A stretch of DNA of 64,000 nucleotides from Mayamaea pseudoterrestris (Eukaryota): contig BROI01000002.1 of the NCBI GenBank assembly GCA_027923505.1, forward strand, positions 1,984,001 to 2,048,000, read 5' to 3'. Below, piece after piece: positions 61,001 to 64,000 of this stretch. Position 1 is the stretch's first letter; each line of letters opens with the position of its first letter. A program made the translations under genes and the position numbers. The notes under the pieces are model-generated. The model was given only the letters and a program-made list of their open reading frames with translations. It was not told where the DNA came from and made no database searches.

Positions 61001-64000
61001 ATTATTCAGGCTGCGCTACAAGATGGTAGGCTTGGCTGGTGTCTCAGGGGATGGCAATGTATTTGGTGACAACTTGTCACCAGTCTCAGCCCACAGATGC
61101 CGTGACATTTAAACGCCCCTACAGCAAGATCTGTAGGTGCCCAAAATACACCAGAATGGTGCCAACATCATTATTCAGGCTGCGCTACAAGATGGTAGTC
61201 TTGGCTGGTGTCTCAGGGGATGGCAATGTATTTGGTGACAACTTGTCACCAGTCTCAGCCCGCAGATGCCGTGACATTCAAACGCCCCTACAGCAAGCCC
61301 TGTAGGTGCCCAAAATACACCAGAATGGTGCCAACATCATTATTCAGGCTGCGCTACAAGATGGTAGGCTTGGCTGGTGTCTCAGTGGATGGCAATGTAT
61401 TTGGTGACAACTTGTCACCAGTCTCAGCCCACAGATGCCGTGACATTTAAACGCCCCTACAGCAAGATCTGTAGGTGCCCAAAATACACCAGAATGGTGC
61501 CAACATCATTATTCAGGCTGCGATACAAGATGGTAGTCTTGGCTGGTGTCTCAGGGGATGGCAATGTATTTGGTGACAACTTGTCACCAGACTCAGCCCG
61601 CAGATGCCGTGACATTCAAACGCCCCTACAGCAAGCCCTGTAGGTGCCCAAAATACACCTGAATGCTGACAACGTCATTATTCTGTCTGCGCTACAAGAT
61701 GGTAGGCTTGGCTGGTGTCTCAGGGGATGGCAATGTATTTGGTGACAACTTGTCACCAGTCTCAGCCCGCAGATGCCGTGACATTCAAACGCCCCTACAG
61801 CAAGATCTGTAGGTGCCCAAAATACAACAGAATGGTGCCAACATCATTTTTTAGACTGCGCTACAAGATGGTAGGCTTGGCTGGTGTCTCAGGGGATGGC
61901 AATGTATTTGGTGACAACTTGTCACCAGTCTCAGCCCGCAGATGCCGTGACATTCAAATGCCCCTACAGCAAGCCCTGTAGGTGCCCAAAATACACCAGA
62001 ATGGTGCCAACATCATTATTCAGGCTGCGCTACAAGATGGTAGGCTTGGCTGGTGTCTCAGTGGATGGCAATGTATTTGGTGACAACTTGTCACCAGTCT
62101 CAGCCCACAGATGCCGTGACATTTAAACGCCCCTACAGCAAGATCTGTAGGTGCCCAAAATACACCAGAATGGTGCCAACATCATTATTCAGGCTGCGCT
62201 ACAAGATGGTAGTCTTGGCTGGTGTCTCAGGGGATGGCAATGTATTTGGTGACAACTTGTCACCAGACTCAGCCCGCAGATGCCGTGACATTCAAACGCC
62301 CCTACAGCAAGCCCTGTAGGTGCCCAAAATACACCTGAATGCTGACAACGTCATTATTCTGTCTGCGCTACAAGATGGTAGGCTTGGCTGGTGTCTCAGG
62401 GGATGGCAATGTATTTGGTGACATCTTGTCACCAGTCTCAGCCCGCAGATGCCATGACATTCAAATGCCCCTACAGCAAGCCCTGTAGGTGCCCAAAATA
62501 CACCAGAATGGTGCCAACATCATTATTCTGGCTGCGCTACAAGATGGTAGGCTTGGCTGGTGTCTCAGGGGATGGCAATGTATTTGGTGACAACTTGTCA
62601 CCAGTCTCAGCCCGCAGATGCCGTGACATTCAAATGCCCCTACAGCAAGATCTGTAGGTGCCCAAAATACACCAGAATGGTGCCAACATCATTATTCTGG
62701 CTGCGCTACAAGATGGTAGGCTTGGCTGGTGTCTCAGGGGATGGCAATGTATTTGGTGACAACTTGTCACCAGTCTCAGCCCGCAGATGCCGTGACATTC
62801 AAACGCCCCTACAGCAAAATCTGTAGGTGCCCAAAATACTCCAGAATGGTGCCAACATCATTATTCAGGCTGCGCTACAAGATGGTAGGCTTGGCTGGTG
62901 TCTCAGGGGATGGCAATGTATTTGGTGACAACTTGTCACCAGTCTCAGCCCGCAGATGCCATGACATTCAAACGCCCCTACAGCAAGCCCTGTAGGTGCC
63001 CAAAATACACCAGAATGGTACCAACATCATTATTCAAACTGCGCTACAAGATGGTAGGCTTGGCTGGTGTCTCAGGGGATGGCAATGTATTTGGTGACAA
63101 CTTGTCACCAGTCTCAGCCCGCAGATGCCGTGACATTCAAACGCCCCTACAGCAAGCCCTGTAAGTGCCCAAAATACACCAGAATGGTGCCAACATCATT
63201 ATTCAAGCTGCGCTACAAGATGGTAGGCTTGGCTGGTGTCTCAGGGGATGGCAATGTATTTGGTGACAACTTGTCACCAGTCTCAGCCCGCAGATGCCGC
63301 GACATTCAAACGCCCCTACAGCAAGCCCTGTAAGTGCCCAAAATACACCAGAATGGTGCCAACATCATTATTCAGGCTGCGCTACAAGATGGTAGTCTTG
63401 ACTGGTGTTTCAGGGGATTGCAATGTATTTGGTGACAACTTGTCACCAGGCTCAGCCCGCTGATGCTGTGACATTCAAACGCCCCTACAGCAAGCCCTGT
63501 AGGTGCCCTAAATACACCAGAATGGTGCCAACATCATTGTTCAGTTTACGCTACAAGTTGGTAGGCTTGGCTGGTGTCTCAGGGGATGGCAATGTATTTG
63601 GTGACAACTTGTCACCAGTCTCAGCCTGCAGATGCCGTGACATTCAAACGCCCCTACAGCAAGCCCTGTAGGTGCCCAAAATACACCAGAATGGTGCCAA
63701 CAACATTATTCAGGCTGCGCTACAAGATGGTAGGCTTGGCTGGTGTCTCAGGGGATGGCAATGTATTTGGTGACAACTTGTCACCAGTCTCAGCCCGCAG
63801 ATGCCATGACATTCAAATGCCCCTACAGCAAGCCCTGTAGGTGCCCAAAATACACCAGAATGGAGCCAACGTCATTATTCAGTCTGCGCTACAAGATGGT
63901 AGGCTTGGCTGGTGTCTCAGGGGATGGCAATGTATTTGGTGACAACTTGTCACCAGTCTCAGCCCGCAGATGCCGTGACATTCAAACGCCCCTACAGCAA
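55030..64000 (+). repeat. 169-bp satellite, array B (about 53 units, runs off the window end)
   Basis: Period of 169 bp (ORF starts 55376, 55545, 55714...63405, 63574) with high unit identity. Confidence 0.98.

Noticed and set aside
55049..63840. Dozens of 88-aa ORFs (MSQGMAMYLVTT...) here and in array A
   Set aside because: They arise because 169 is not divisible by 3; they overlap, start at GTG, and are broken by stops and indels at random.

Overview
Eukaryotic nuclear DNA, most likely from a pennate diatom (short GT-AG introns, plastid presequences ending in AF-type motifs, DUF6824-like repeats, a copia Gag-like N-terminus); the taxon is inferred. About 20 genes are present: a GT92-like glycosyltransferase, sulfotransferase, hybrid histidine kinase, large coiled-coil protein, double-NmrA protein, ATG13, Tudor-SN, DnaJ-X protein, plastid ABC-F, plastid EF-P, enolase, purple acid phosphatase and two families of unknown paralogues. 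The most striking feature is tandem-repeat DNA. A dyad-rich 169-bp satellite forms two oppositely oriented arrays (about 19.5-23.9 kb, and 55.0 kb to the window end). The second array shows higher-order repeats and is preceded by a ~176-bp and a ~510-bp satellite, suggesting a centromere-like or heterochromatic boundary. One inversion of about 19.4-51.8 kb would explain both the displaced array and a displaced paralogue. Also notable: a possibly domesticated Gag gene, an Arg-tipped EF-P, and mirrored introns with an 18-nt micro-exon in the ABC-F gene.
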